A stretch of DNA of 64,000 nt from a virus. How positions within the stretch are numbered: position 1 is the first letter of the stretch; each line of letters begins with the position of its first letter. Shown piece after piece: positions 26,254-35,482 of the stretch. A model generated the notes under the pieces. It searched no databases and was not told where the DNA came from. It saw only the letters and a program-made list of their open reading frames with translations. The DNA lies in IMG/VR virus record IMGVR_UViG_3300028920_000005, positions 1-64,000 of that record; one strand, given 5' to 3'. The position numbers and the translations under genes are program-made.

Positions 26254-28185
26254 ATGCCATTTTATAAAGGTGCACAGAAGTTATTCCCTGATATGAGTTT
26301 AAAGAGCCTTGCGCCACTGTGCAGGGAATTGCATATGGCCTGGGGGATTTGGCGTAGGCACGAGAAGTATACAGATAGTAAAGGTAATTCTTGGAGTAAG
26401 GAAGATTTCTATAACTTTTGGCGAAGTTTAAATTACAATCTCAAACAGAAAGGCGGCACAGGGTGTGTGATGTTGAAAGGGATGCCTACCAGTTTGACTT
26501 GTGTGAGTTGTTCGGAGCAAGAGCAGAAGGACCTTGAGAGTTTGTATAAGGGCATAGAGAGAGACTTCCCGTCTATGTCCTTGGAAAGATTGGCAAGGTT
26601 CTGTTTGGTGTTGCATATGGGATGGGGCACGTATCGTCAGTTTAAGAATTTTACTGATGTTAAAGGCAATGAATGGAAGGTAGAAGATTTCAGGAGAGTG
26701 CATAAAGTGCTTGATGAACAGATGAAGAAGAAAGGGGGAAAAGGTTGTAAGCCTTTTAACCCATTCGATGAACCAGCGACTAAAAGAGAGACGCCGTCAT
26801 ATCCTAGAGCGTCAAGCATGTCACGTTCGGGCAAATGTCAGGCACTTGTACTAAAGAATGGAAGATTAGCAACAATGGAGGATTATGATGAGATCTGTTT
26901 CTGCGACGGAACCTGTGTTGATATGGACAGTCGAAATTTCGAGGCAACCAGGCTCGAGTTGGATGGTCACGGGGCGAATCGCCTGTTGACGAGGGATGCG
27001 ACACCTGAGTTGAAGAAGGCGTGGCTTAGTGAGGGCGTGGATGTTAGATATGTGGATGAGGAACTTGAGCAGATGAATGCGTTAGATGATAGTGAGATGC
27101 CGATTAAGTTCTTTTTGGTTGGCGCCGAGAGGAGGGAGATTTCGAAGCTCGCCGATGGAGTGATGCTGAATGCCGTTCAAATCAAACAGGCAAAACAACT
27201 TGAGCCATGGAGGTCTGAGTTTAGAGGACAGATTATGTTGGATAATGGTATCTTTGGGGATACCTTACTTAATGTGGATGAGCTTGTCGGTAGGGTTCAC
27301 TCCGTTATGCCTGATATTGCTGTCGGCCCCGATGTGTTGTATGATCGCGATATCCATATTAAGTCGCTCAAACGACAGAAGGAGTTTCTCAGTAAGAAGT
27401 TGCCCAAAGAAGTAAGTGTGATGCTTGTGCCTCAGGGCAATACCTGTTTGGAGTTTGAGTGGTGTACGAAGCAGATACTGAAGATGAAGCCCGAGGTGAT
27501 AGGGTTAGGGAGAATGAGCATGAAGGTTGCTGGTTACCCTGGAAGGGGGCATAAGCAGCGGATTTATGCACTTAAGCGGTTGCAGGATTTGGGGATATTG
27601 GACGAGATTAAGAGTGAGGGGATCAGGATGCATGCCCTTGGGCTAAGCAAGCCGTGGGAGTTGCCTTACTTGAATAAGTTTGGATTTTATAGCATTGACT
27701 CCATGAGTTATATTTATAGCTCACTGTACAATCAGCTTGCGATGCCGGGTGATCCGACAGAGATGAGTTTCTCTGTGGTGAATGGACAGGTGAAGCAGAC
27801 CAGGAATATCGAAGATGATGTACATAGTAGAAGGGCGCAGTTTGTAAAGGAGTATCCACATAGTGGGAGTCTTGATGCGAGGCAATGGTGGATTGTGCAG
27901 AATGTGTGGAAGCCTATGAGTAAGATGAAGGCAACTGATTATCACATTATGAATTCGGTCAGGGACCTAAAGTTCGAAGACCGTGATGATAAGCCTATGT
28001 TGGAGAAGCCCACGAAAGAGGGCCTGTCGCATAAGGTATATCAGACGTTGCAAAATGACCAAGCCAGTGTGGGAGTTCCTGATGTGGATGCGATGGATGT
28101 TGCAAAGTTGAGTGACCGAGAGCTCCATCATTTACATCATTTGATGCATGTGGCCTGGAAACAGAAGGGCGCTGGAGGTGAGTAG
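26254..28185 (+). CDS. dpdA: DpdA/TGT-like transglycosylase fused to a duplicated N-terminal domain
   Basis: 643 aa. Residues about 290-560 carry, in TGT order, IMLDNGIFGD, VGPDVLYD, LVPQGNT, IGLGRMS, MHALGLSKP and YSIDSMSY. The N-terminus has two ~70-aa repeats (FPDMSLKSLAPLCRELHMAWGIW...KGNSWSKEDF...KQKGGTGC and FPSMSLERLARFCLVLHMGWGTY...KGNEWKVEDF...KKKGGKGC). Confidence 0.6.
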   Translation: MPFYKGAQKLFPDMSLKSLAPLCRELHMAWGIWRRHEKYTDSKGNSWSKEDFYNFWRSLNYNLKQKGGTGCVMLKGMPTSLTCVSCSEQEQKDLESLYKGIERDFPSMSLERLARFCLVLHMGWGTYRQFKNFTDVKGNEWKVEDFRRVHKVLDEQMKKKGGKGCKPFNPFDEPATKRETPSYPRASSMSRSGKCQALVLKNGRLATMEDYDEICFCDGTCVDMDSRNFEATRLELDGHGANRLLTRDATPELKKAWLSEGVDVRYVDEELEQMNALDDSEMPIKFFLVGAERREISKLADGVMLNAVQIKQAKQLEPWRSEFRGQIMLDNGIFGDTLLNVDELVGRVHSVMPDIAVGPDVLYDRDIHIKSLKRQKEFLSKKLPKEVSVMLVPQGNTCLEFEWCTKQILKMKPEVIGLGRMSMKVAGYPGRGHKQRIYALKRLQDLGILDEIKSEGIRMHALGLSKPWELPYLNKFGFYSIDSMSYIYSSLYNQLAMPGDPTEMSFSVVNGQVKQTRNIEDDVHSRRAQFVKEYPHSGSLDARQWWIVQNVWKPMSKMKATDYHIMNSVRDLKFEDRDDKPMLEKPTKEGLSHKVYQTLQNDQASVGVPDVDAMDVAKLSDRELHHLHHLMHVAWKQKGAGGE

Positions 28186-31100
28186 ATGAAAGTATTGCTG
28201 ATGTGGGAACATGCAAAAGCCCTTGCGAAAGAATTCAAGAGGGCCGGGCACGACGTCACCTTGATAAAGGACGAGAGCAGCTTTGGCCCTGATGAGAGGT
28301 TCGATGTTGTGTGGATCAGTCCACCTTGTTCTGGGCTGTCGAAGGCCGGGGCCTGGAAGCATTGGGACATTGAGGAGGATGTAAGGTATACTCCGATGAC
28401 GGCCGAAGCGAAGAGGACTACGAAGTTGCTTAAGGATGCCGTTGACTTTGTGAAGAAGTGTGGTGCCAAAGTTTGGTATATTGAGTTGCCTATGGGGTTG
28501 GCTAGGAAGTTTAGTTTTATGAAGGCGTTGCCTAGGAAGAATACGACGTTGTGTCAGTATGGGTTGGAGTTTCGCAAGGAGACTGACATTTGGACAAATG
28601 CCAAAGGTGAATTTTTGGAGTCTTGTGATCCTGGTGATGGGTGCCATAAGCCGCAGCCACGTGGGGTCAAGAAGAGTGGCAAAAACGCTGGGATCAATAC
28701 CAAATGGGCAGATAAGAGGGCGGTGCTGCCTTTGGAATTTTGCAAGGCGGTCGTTACCATGAGTGAGAAGACAATAGGTCGCGGCGAACTGATGAGTGTG
28801 AACTTGAGCCCTGATGAGGTCGTTAGGTGGCATGAGAGTATTGTTAGTGAGTTGGCGCGCCGGGGGCTAAGTGACCATGATACGCCGTTAGGGAATGATA
28901 ATAAGAGTAACTATCAGCAGCCTGCGCAGTCTGGTGTGGTTAGTGGGCCTGAGGTGACTTTGCAAGAAGTGCTTGGGTATTTTGGTGAGGCGAAGATAGG
29001 TAAGGGCCTTGTGATGTTAACCGGTGGGATCGTGAATAATGGCAAAAGTGTAAATGATATTGACATTCTTATTCGTATGGAAAAGGATGATCCGTTGTCT
29101 GTGCCTATACAGTTTAGGATCCTGAGAATGTTTCCCGAGCATTTGAGAGATAGGATACAGTTTATATTCAGTGATAGTGGCGGACAGCCCTTTACTTCTC
29201 ATATCCCGCTGTATGATGTGGATATGAAGTTGCAGAGCCCGTTGAAGAAAGTGGAGATGAGTAGGAAGGAATTGGAGGAGAGCGTCCAGAGGAGGAGTTT
29301 GCCTCCGAGTCGCGACGGGAAGTGTCCACCTGGGTATAAGTTAAAGGATGGCAAGTGTGTGTGGATGGAGGAAGCGAGTGAAGGGGGAGAGGTGGAAGAG
29401 TTAGAGAATAAGGAGGTTGATCTACAGAGTGTGCGGTGGCCTAAAGAAGAAGAGGCCCATCCTTTCGTGATGCAGATACATTTTAGGGGTGAGAGCGCGC
29501 ACCATGACTTTAGGGCCAAAACCAATGGGGAGTTGGAAGGGTGGAGTGTGTTTAGTCAGCCTGCAGGTCAGGTCAACGAGGATGTGAGTAATGAGGCCCA
29601 GGCGCAAGCGATAATTGCGAAGGTCGATTGGAAATGGCCTAAAGAAGAAGTACATGCTGAGGCGAGGCCTAAGACAGTGCAGCCTGCTGAATGGTTAAAA
29701 GTGTCTGGACACTTTGACCCTGGCCAGATTGGCGCGGGAAAGGACGTGGCTGGATTTATGCAGATAGTGGATCAGGGCAATGTTGAGTTTGGTGCTAGGA
29801 AGACTTGGTTTTATGAGTATTTTCTGCATGGGGCGAAGACTAAGGGCCGATTGGTGTTTAGGTATATTCCTAGGCAGAGGTCCACTAGTATTGCAGCGGC
29901 CGAGGAGTTGGCTCTTTGGGATTGGAACTGGGTTAAGTTCACAAGGGATATGTCCGAGAAGAAAGAGTTGAGTGAGGTGCCCAAGACACTTATGGAGTAT
30001 TATAATAAGCATAAGGGTGTGAATTCTGCCTACCAGGTAATGAGATATGCGAAGAAGAATGGGCTGACTGAGTTGGCAGAGACCTTTGAACAGCGCTTCA
30101 TGGAACATCAAAAGAGGGGGCAATCTTTTACCTACTCTGAAGAGTTACTGGAAGAACAGATTTCTGAGGCCGACACTAGTGACCTCCGAGACGTCTATAT
30201 GCGCATCTTTGATGTTATGGATAATAAAGGCCAAAAAGTGCTTCAAGACGACCTAGCGGTCTTTATTGACGTCCTCGAAGATGAATTGCTCGGGAGAGGG
30301 GCCTTACAGGATAGGAGGAGTGCAGGGTATTGGACCACGTGGTTGGCCAAGAGTGAGACTCCGTATGTGTTGACTCGAGCTGCAGTTAATGAGGAATGGA
30401 TACCGCCTTATGGGGTTAGTGCCTTGCCCAAAGAGGTAAGAGATAAGGTCCCTGAGAAGTATCAGTATTGGAAATTTAGCTCTAGGCAGCAGAGGCTAAA
30501 GGTAAGGGATGAGTTGCGAAAGGCAAAGGATGTTAAGCTTCATATTCGTAACTCTTATGATGAGAATCATCATGTAGTGGAGCATGAGGGCACAACATAT
30601 TTGGCCACTACTCTTTCGAAACCGGAATCTGAGGACATTACCTTCGCCGACGTTGAAGTGATGTGTAAGGTGGATTTGTCAGAACATGAGTATGTGTTGT
30701 TGCATCATTTTTGGAAAGGGCAACAGGTCGTGAGGGTTGGGCCAACTACGCAGCACTGGGATTTATTTATAGGCGATAATATGTGGGTCTTGGACACTGA
30801 TCCTTTGAAAAGTGCCTCGAATGCAAGTAGGCGTAGGCCTTATTCGAAGGGGTTTCAGGAGAGGGGTGCTAGTGGGCCTGAGTTCATTGAGCCCGGCACA
30901 CCTGGAAACCCGACCAAGAGTACGGCCGCATGGGTAACTAGAGTTGATAAGGGCAGTGTGCATATGCTCGAGGACGATGCACATTTTAAGAAGTTTAATT
31001 TGTCTGGCGGGAAGTTGAAAGGAACCTTTGTCCTGAAGCAAGAAGAACCGACTGTTAATTTGTGGAGGTTTGGCAAAGATCATGGGAGTAAGGCCCTATC

Positions 31101-31548
31101 GAAGGGAAATGTGGTGAAGCAGTATATTACGATGAGTACTGGCAAATCATATGAGAGGGATGGAAAGTTGTATGTTCCCGGCGATGCGCTGAGCTATGGC
31201 GTTTGGAACGGGGATTTCTATCCACCGGAGGTTATTGCAGATAGGCCTGAAAGGTTGAAGAGTAAAGCCACTAGTATTGTTTCACATAGGAACCGGAACA
31301 ACTATGGGAGTGTCGTTGAATTGAACTTTGACGAAAGCACTTCGACCATACACATAGTGGGCGAATTCGAGGGGGAGGAAGCCATAGAGAGGATCAAACA
31401 GGGCGACCTAATCGGCTATTCGGTCGAAGTCACTGTTGAAGTGGATGAGGACAGGCACATTGTGAAAAAGATATTGGACTACGACCGTGTTGTTCTGGTT
31501 CCTGACCCAGCCTGTGAGGTGTGCACAGTTGACGGTGTCTGCAATTAG
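28186..31548 (+). CDS. multi-domain polyprotein: C5-MTase-like + minimal nucleotidyltransferase + two LigD 3'-phosphoesterase-like domains + HK97-family prohead protease
   Basis: 1120 aa. Residues 1-195: DVVWISPPCSGLSKAG (motif IV PC), WYIELPMG, CQYGLEFRKETDIWTN, with no FxGxG motif I. Residues 270-345: LTGGIVNNGKSVNDIDILIR...IQFIFSD. Residues 425-565: FVMQIHFRGESAHHDFRAKTNGELEGWSV...GQIGAGKD...FLHGAKTKGRLVF. Residues 835-960: LLHHFWKG...QHWDLFIG...LSGGKLKGTFVL. Residues 985-1120: SHRNRNNYG...LIGYSVEV...VVLVPDPACEV. Confidence 0.65.
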   Translation: MKVLLMWEHAKALAKEFKRAGHDVTLIKDESSFGPDERFDVVWISPPCSGLSKAGAWKHWDIEEDVRYTPMTAEAKRTTKLLKDAVDFVKKCGAKVWYIELPMGLARKFSFMKALPRKNTTLCQYGLEFRKETDIWTNAKGEFLESCDPGDGCHKPQPRGVKKSGKNAGINTKWADKRAVLPLEFCKAVVTMSEKTIGRGELMSVNLSPDEVVRWHESIVSELARRGLSDHDTPLGNDNKSNYQQPAQSGVVSGPEVTLQEVLGYFGEAKIGKGLVMLTGGIVNNGKSVNDIDILIRMEKDDPLSVPIQFRILRMFPEHLRDRIQFIFSDSGGQPFTSHIPLYDVDMKLQSPLKKVEMSRKELEESVQRRSLPPSRDGKCPPGYKLKDGKCVWMEEASEGGEVEELENKEVDLQSVRWPKEEEAHPFVMQIHFRGESAHHDFRAKTNGELEGWSVFSQPAGQVNEDVSNEAQAQAIIAKVDWKWPKEEVHAEARPKTVQPAEWLKVSGHFDPGQIGAGKDVAGFMQIVDQGNVEFGARKTWFYEYFLHGAKTKGRLVFRYIPRQRSTSIAAAEELALWDWNWVKFTRDMSEKKELSEVPKTLMEYYNKHKGVNSAYQVMRYAKKNGLTELAETFEQRFMEHQKRGQSFTYSEELLEEQISEADTSDLRDVYMRIFDVMDNKGQKVLQDDLAVFIDVLEDELLGRGALQDRRSAGYWTTWLAKSETPYVLTRAAVNEEWIPPYGVSALPKEVRDKVPEKYQYWKFSSRQQRLKVRDELRKAKDVKLHIRNSYDENHHVVEHEGTTYLATTLSKPESEDITFADVEVMCKVDLSEHEYVLLHHFWKGQQVVRVGPTTQHWDLFIGDNMWVLDTDPLKSASNASRRRPYSKGFQERGASGPEFIEPGTPGNPTKSTAAWVTRVDKGSVHMLEDDAHFKKFNLSGGKLKGTFVLKQEEPTVNLWRFGKDHGSKALSKGNVVKQYITMSTGKSYERDGKLYVPGDALSYGVWNGDFYPPEVIADRPERLKSKATSIVSHRNRNNYGSVVELNFDESTSTIHIVGEFEGEEAIERIKQGDLIGYSVEVTVEVDEDRHIVKKILDYDRVVLVPDPACEVCTVDGVCN

Positions 31549-32095
31549 TTTGGAACTGCTTGAAGGCATGGTTTGCGGCATTACGGTGTCACAACGGGCA
31601 AAGGCCCAATTGGGCATACGCGCACACCCTTGGGCCGAGGTGCGGTGCGAAAGACCGGACCTTTTAGAGACCCTACAAGTTGAGTTGCTGGCGTTATCGA
31701 TTGGTTCCACAACATTGGGAACGCCAACCGATAAGCTTCGCATCCAGGGCATCAACAACTGTTCTTTGCTCACGCCCTACGTCCCAGAGAAATATGCCTG
31801 GTGGAATGAAGCAATGACCTTATTCGATGCAGGTGAGCATCGGACAAAAAACGGCCTATTAAAAATCCTACAGCTTCGCCCTGGCGAGCGGCTGCCTAAG
31901 AATCTGTGTTTCCTAAATGATTGAGAGACACAAACCCCAGGTCTGTGCCTCTCGTGGTTTTGGGTAAGACACTCAAACGCAGTATCATTATATAAAGAGA
32001 TTGGACTGTCGAACATTCCTCATACTACAGTCCACCTCCAGATTTTTCCCTCCCATTGGACTTTATATAGTCATAATGGATTCTTATGAATAGGT

Positions 32096-32794
32096 GTGAA
32101 ACCTATGCCTGAAGGAACAGAATTGGAGGAGAACGTCGAATTAGAAGACGTGTACCCTCCCGAAGGCGATAAAGCCGCACCTAAGGACAAAGCTCCTGAA
32201 CCACCTAAGCCGAAGGAGAAAAAGCAGGAAGACATGCCGGCTGACAAGCCCATGAAAGTTCCTGCCGCGAAGCTGGAAACTGTGATTCTGATTCCCAAGG
32301 GATATCAGGGTCAGTATCCTGTTGCACAGGCAGCCAATGAGCAGATGTTGTCACAGCAGGAAGAGATTTCCAAGCTTAAGGAACAGGTTCAGGCGTTGAG
32401 TAAGGCGGTGGAGGAGAAGGATAACAAGATCAGCGAGTTGTCCAAAAACATCAGTGAAAGGGAGACCGCAGACAGGACCGAGGTCGCGTCTGAGGTTGTT
32501 GAACTGAAACTGTCATCTGGGATAATGGCCCTTGACGAGAACGAGGAGAAAGCCAAAACCCAGAAGGACGCAGCTGTGAAAGAACTTTCCAAGCTCCCCA
32601 TCGAACAGCTCAAGACCCTGAGGACTGAGGTCAAGACACTGAGCAAAAAGCCAGAAGGATCTTCAGCATCGTCTGCTGAGGTTTTCACCCCTGGCATTGC
32701 CCAGCATAAAGACCTTAGTAACTCTGAGGTAAGGAAGGCAGAACTCCGTAAAAAGATGTTCGGCCATTCCAAGCCCTTAGGTGAGGAGGAGTGA
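32096..32794 (+). CDS. scaffolding protein
   Basis: 232 aa, acidic, K/E/A-rich coiled coil, lying between the protease and capsid genes. Confidence 0.55.
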   Translation: MKPMPEGTELEENVELEDVYPPEGDKAAPKDKAPEPPKPKEKKQEDMPADKPMKVPAAKLETVILIPKGYQGQYPVAQAANEQMLSQQEEISKLKEQVQALSKAVEEKDNKISELSKNISERETADRTEVASEVVELKLSSGIMALDENEEKAKTQKDAAVKELSKLPIEQLKTLRTEVKTLSKKPEGSSASSAEVFTPGIAQHKDLSNSEVRKAELRKKMFGHSKPLGEEE

Positions 32795-32798
32795 TAAA

Positions 32799-33203
32799 AT
32801 GGCAGCTGGAGATATAATCAGATCTGTCGAGACCGTCGTAGAGCAGCAGCTGGGGAAAACCACGACTGCAATCACGAAGGGTTTAGTGTTAGTGTATGAC
32901 ACTGACGGTTTGAATACCGCCGGTGCCGATGCACCTGGGCCGCACTATATGGCTTACGAAGACCATGCCGCACCTACGGCTGGTCAGACTGAGTTTAGTG
33001 CAGTGAAGAGGGGATGGGTGGTATTTGCAAAAGCTGCAGGTGCCGCTGTGACCCCGAACGCGTATGTCAAGTCTGACGCGAACGGCAAAATAGTCGATTT
33101 CATCCCTGGAACCGACCTTGCCGAGGAGATCGTTGGATACTCTGACAAGGACGGGGCCGCGTCCGCAGCCACAGAAGTGAAAGTGTTCCTTGGAGGACGG
33201 TGA
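32799..33203 (+). CDS. head decoration / capsid-associated protein
   Basis: The ATG at 32799 follows GAGGAGGAG. 134 aa, Ala/Gly-rich, immediately upstream of the major capsid gene. Confidence 0.4.
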   Translation: MAAGDIIRSVETVVEQQLGKTTTAITKGLVLVYDTDGLNTAGADAPGPHYMAYEDHAAPTAGQTEFSAVKRGWVVFAKAAGAAVTPNAYVKSDANGKIVDFIPGTDLAEEIVGYSDKDGAASAATEVKVFLGGR

Positions 33204-33208
33204 GTTAA

Positions 33209-34033
33209 ATGGGTAAGATTCTCGTTGACTCTGATATTCCGGATGCACTGCTCGCTGAGACTGTCGTCGAGGAAATGCTGGGCTTAGCCCGCCAGAAGTA
33301 TACCCTGAGGCAATTCTGCCGTGTGATCAACTTTGGTCAGACGATCACCGGTAAGATACCCATTGGGACAACGCTGACTGGTCAGGAAAAGGTCAAGCCC
33401 CTCGTCGAAGCAGAGCTAGCCGCTGAGGCATACACTGAACTGGACTTCAATCTGTGGAAGAATGTCGTACACATCCTGGTACCGAAGGAGACGCAGCTCA
33501 AATCCAACATTGATCTCATGAAGATGAATGTTGAGGATGGATCCAAGGATTTGGCTCGCATGGAGAACAAGCAGATCTCTGAGGAGATTGCTACGTTCAC
33601 CGGTATTGGGGCAACTGCAACCTGGGATAATACCACTGGTGGGAATCCACTGGAGGATATAGCCGCTGCACAGAATGCTGTGGCAAACCTGGGTTATCTG
33701 CCCAAGGATGTGGTCATGCAGACAGACGTTTACCGATACTTCTCGGTGAACGACTACGTTGTAGCTGCCTATGAGCGTGGGGCCACCGTGAAAACGGGGC
33801 ACATACCCGCGGTCATGGGTCTGAATATCAGCGTAGAATATGCACTGGCTGCAAAGACAGCTTTCGTGGTGGATAAGGCAGCGCCTGCAATGGTTCTTGC
33901 CGATGGTCCTAACCTTGTGGAGCGGTACAAGAAGCCCGCCGTGTTCGCCGATGGATATGTTTCGGCCCAGTTTCTGGAGCCGAAGAAGGCCCTCGACGAT
34001 GCTGCAAGGCAGTTGACTGCGTGCATACCATAA
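33209..34033 (+). CDS. major capsid protein (HK97 fold)
   Basis: 274 aa. Position after protease, scaffold and decoration genes. Sequence style typical of small HK97-like capsid proteins (..LWKNVVHILVPKE..., ...GYVSAQFLEP...). Confidence 0.7.
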   Translation: MGKILVDSDIPDALLAETVVEEMLGLARQKYTLRQFCRVINFGQTITGKIPIGTTLTGQEKVKPLVEAELAAEAYTELDFNLWKNVVHILVPKETQLKSNIDLMKMNVEDGSKDLARMENKQISEEIATFTGIGATATWDNTTGGNPLEDIAAAQNAVANLGYLPKDVVMQTDVYRYFSVNDYVVAAYERGATVKTGHIPAVMGLNISVEYALAAKTAFVVDKAAPAMVLADGPNLVERYKKPAVFADGYVSAQFLEPKKALDDAARQLTACIP

Positions 34034-34518
34034 TCAAGGTACGTTGTTCACCTCTGTGTTGGTGTGAGACCGCGATCGTCAGGTTGTGTGTTCCTTTGGC
34101 TGTTGAAGTTGAAGACGTTCGCACTGCTTTGGGTGAAATGTCGGAGGGAGAAATCCCTTCGACTACCATCCAGCAGAAAATACGCGATGCAGAACGTTTA
34201 TCCAATTCGATTGGGCTGGCCACGACGCCAGTGTTACAATTGGAAAAGACTGAGACATTCATACGGGACTATGCAGCCTGGCGATCTTTTATTCTTTCGA
34301 GAACGTACGAACATTTAGAGATCGGCGCTGTGGAACTTCATCAGAAAGAGATGATAAAGTTACGGGCCGCGGAATTGAAGAAGCAAGCTCAACAGTCGTT
34401 GGATGAAGCATATGGGGGTGTGGGTATAGCTATCGTTACCGCGATGTGGGACGATAGACCTGAAGATCCATATTATTATTGTAAGGATGAAGATGATACA
34501 ATAGTCATACGCTCGTGA
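34021..34518 (+). CDS. head-tail adaptor/connector protein (start uncertain: 34096 TTG or 34138 ATG)
   Basis: VEDVRTALGEMSEGEIPSTTIQQKIRDAE resembles the N-terminus of gp6-like head-tail connectors. The track start overlaps the capsid gene and is probably too early. Confidence 0.5.
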   Translation: MHTIIKVRCSPLCWCETAIVRLCVPLAVEVEDVRTALGEMSEGEIPSTTIQQKIRDAERLSNSIGLATTPVLQLEKTETFIRDYAAWRSFILSRTYEHLEIGAVELHQKEMIKLRAAELKKQAQQSLDEAYGGVGIAIVTAMWDDRPEDPYYYCKDEDDTIVIRS

Positions 34519-34550
34519 ACTACTACTAGTGAAAACCACTGGTGGGTAAT

Positions 34551-35075
34551 ATGTCGGTCGAACCAACTGTAATATATCAGGTCAACGTTGACCTTAATGT
34601 AGTAGCTAGTTTGCTCGACGACGCATTGGAGGAGTATAAGAGGAAGATGGCCGAGCGTGGTGCGAGTCTTGTTCGTCAAGAAGTTATTCAGGGGCAACCT
34701 GTAGTGGGTACGTGGCCTAGGATTGCAGGCGGTACCCAAGATTTAAAGAAGAGTAAACAGACTTACGGTATCGTATCAGGGAAGCTTTACAAAGGTGTTT
34801 ATTGTCGTAAAGCTAGGGATACCTGGGAGTATGGGGTGGAGCATCCTGGTGCGAAGATGTTTGAGTTTGGCCACAAATATTGGCGAAGTGGAAAACAGAC
34901 ACGTTATATCTTTGCCAAATTGGGCAATTACAATTCAGCTTTTTATTGGACGGCCAATCAACAGGTCACAGTGCCTGAGAGGCCTCTTATTATGCCAGCA
35001 TCACAACAGTTGATACGCGAAGAGCCCAGTATCTGGGAATCTACTGTTGGGAATATTTGGAGGTTAGCAACATGA
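34551..35075 (+). CDS. head closure / neck protein
   Basis: The ATG at 34551 follows GGTGGG. About 174 aa. Call is by position in the head-tail joining block. Confidence 0.45.
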   Translation: MSVEPTVIYQVNVDLNVVASLLDDALEEYKRKMAERGASLVRQEVIQGQPVVGTWPRIAGGTQDLKKSKQTYGIVSGKLYKGVYCRKARDTWEYGVEHPGAKMFEFGHKYWRSGKQTRYIFAKLGNYNSAFYWTANQQVTVPERPLIMPASQQLIREEPSIWESTVGNIWRLAT

Positions 35076-35482
35076 GTGAGTATGATGTTATTTTGAGAGC
35101 TGAGGAACGTTTTGTTGTTGAGATTGCTCAACCTGATAGGGATATTAGAATTATGAGAGGTGATTCGCTTAGCATGAAAGTGAGAGTCTCTACTGATGAA
35201 GGGGCCTATCTTAATATGGTTGGTGCCTCAGTAGATATGACAGTGAAAAAGGAACTAAGTGATGATGATTTGGATGCTGTGATATCTAAATCTGTTGGTT
35301 CCGGAATTACACTTCTTGAATCGGCTAACGGTTATTTTGAAGTTGTTCTTACGGGTGATGATACTAAGGATCTCGATGATGGGGTTTATTATTATGATGT
35401 GCAGGTTACACTTGATAGTACAGAAGTGTATACTGTGATGGTTGGTAAGCTTTATCTTAAGCCGGATGTGACAATTGGATGA
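35072..35482 (+). CDS. Ig-like (BppU N-terminal-like) domain virion protein
   Basis: The ATG at 35072 follows GGAGGT (ATGA overlap). Pattern ...GDSLSMKVRV...DLDDGVYYYDVQV...GKLYLKPDVT. Similar to the N-terminus of 22671..23270. Confidence 0.45.
   Translation: MSEYDVILRAEERFVVEIAQPDRDIRIMRGDSLSMKVRVSTDEGAYLNMVGASVDMTVKKELSDDDLDAVISKSVGSGITLLESANGYFEVVLTGDDTKDLDDGVYYYDVQVTLDSTEVYTVMVGKLYLKPDVTIG

Noticed and set aside
28132-28833. 233-aa minus-strand ORF. Similar long antisense ORFs include 10551..11099(+), 36580..37038(-), 37093..37749(-), 41568..42119(-), 29695..30123(-), 62016..62588(+) and 61190..61636(+).
   Set aside because: Each lies fully antisense to a gene with clear family motifs. 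All are Ser/Pro/Leu/His/Thr-rich and low-complexity. They are explained by the shortage of stop codons on the pyrimidine-rich antisense strand.
31487-31924. 145-aa plus-strand ORF in the protease-scaffold spacer
   Set aside because: I do not call it a CDS. It overlaps the protease 3' end, has no SD before any in-frame ATG, and is atypical in composition. It is kept as an open question in the findings.
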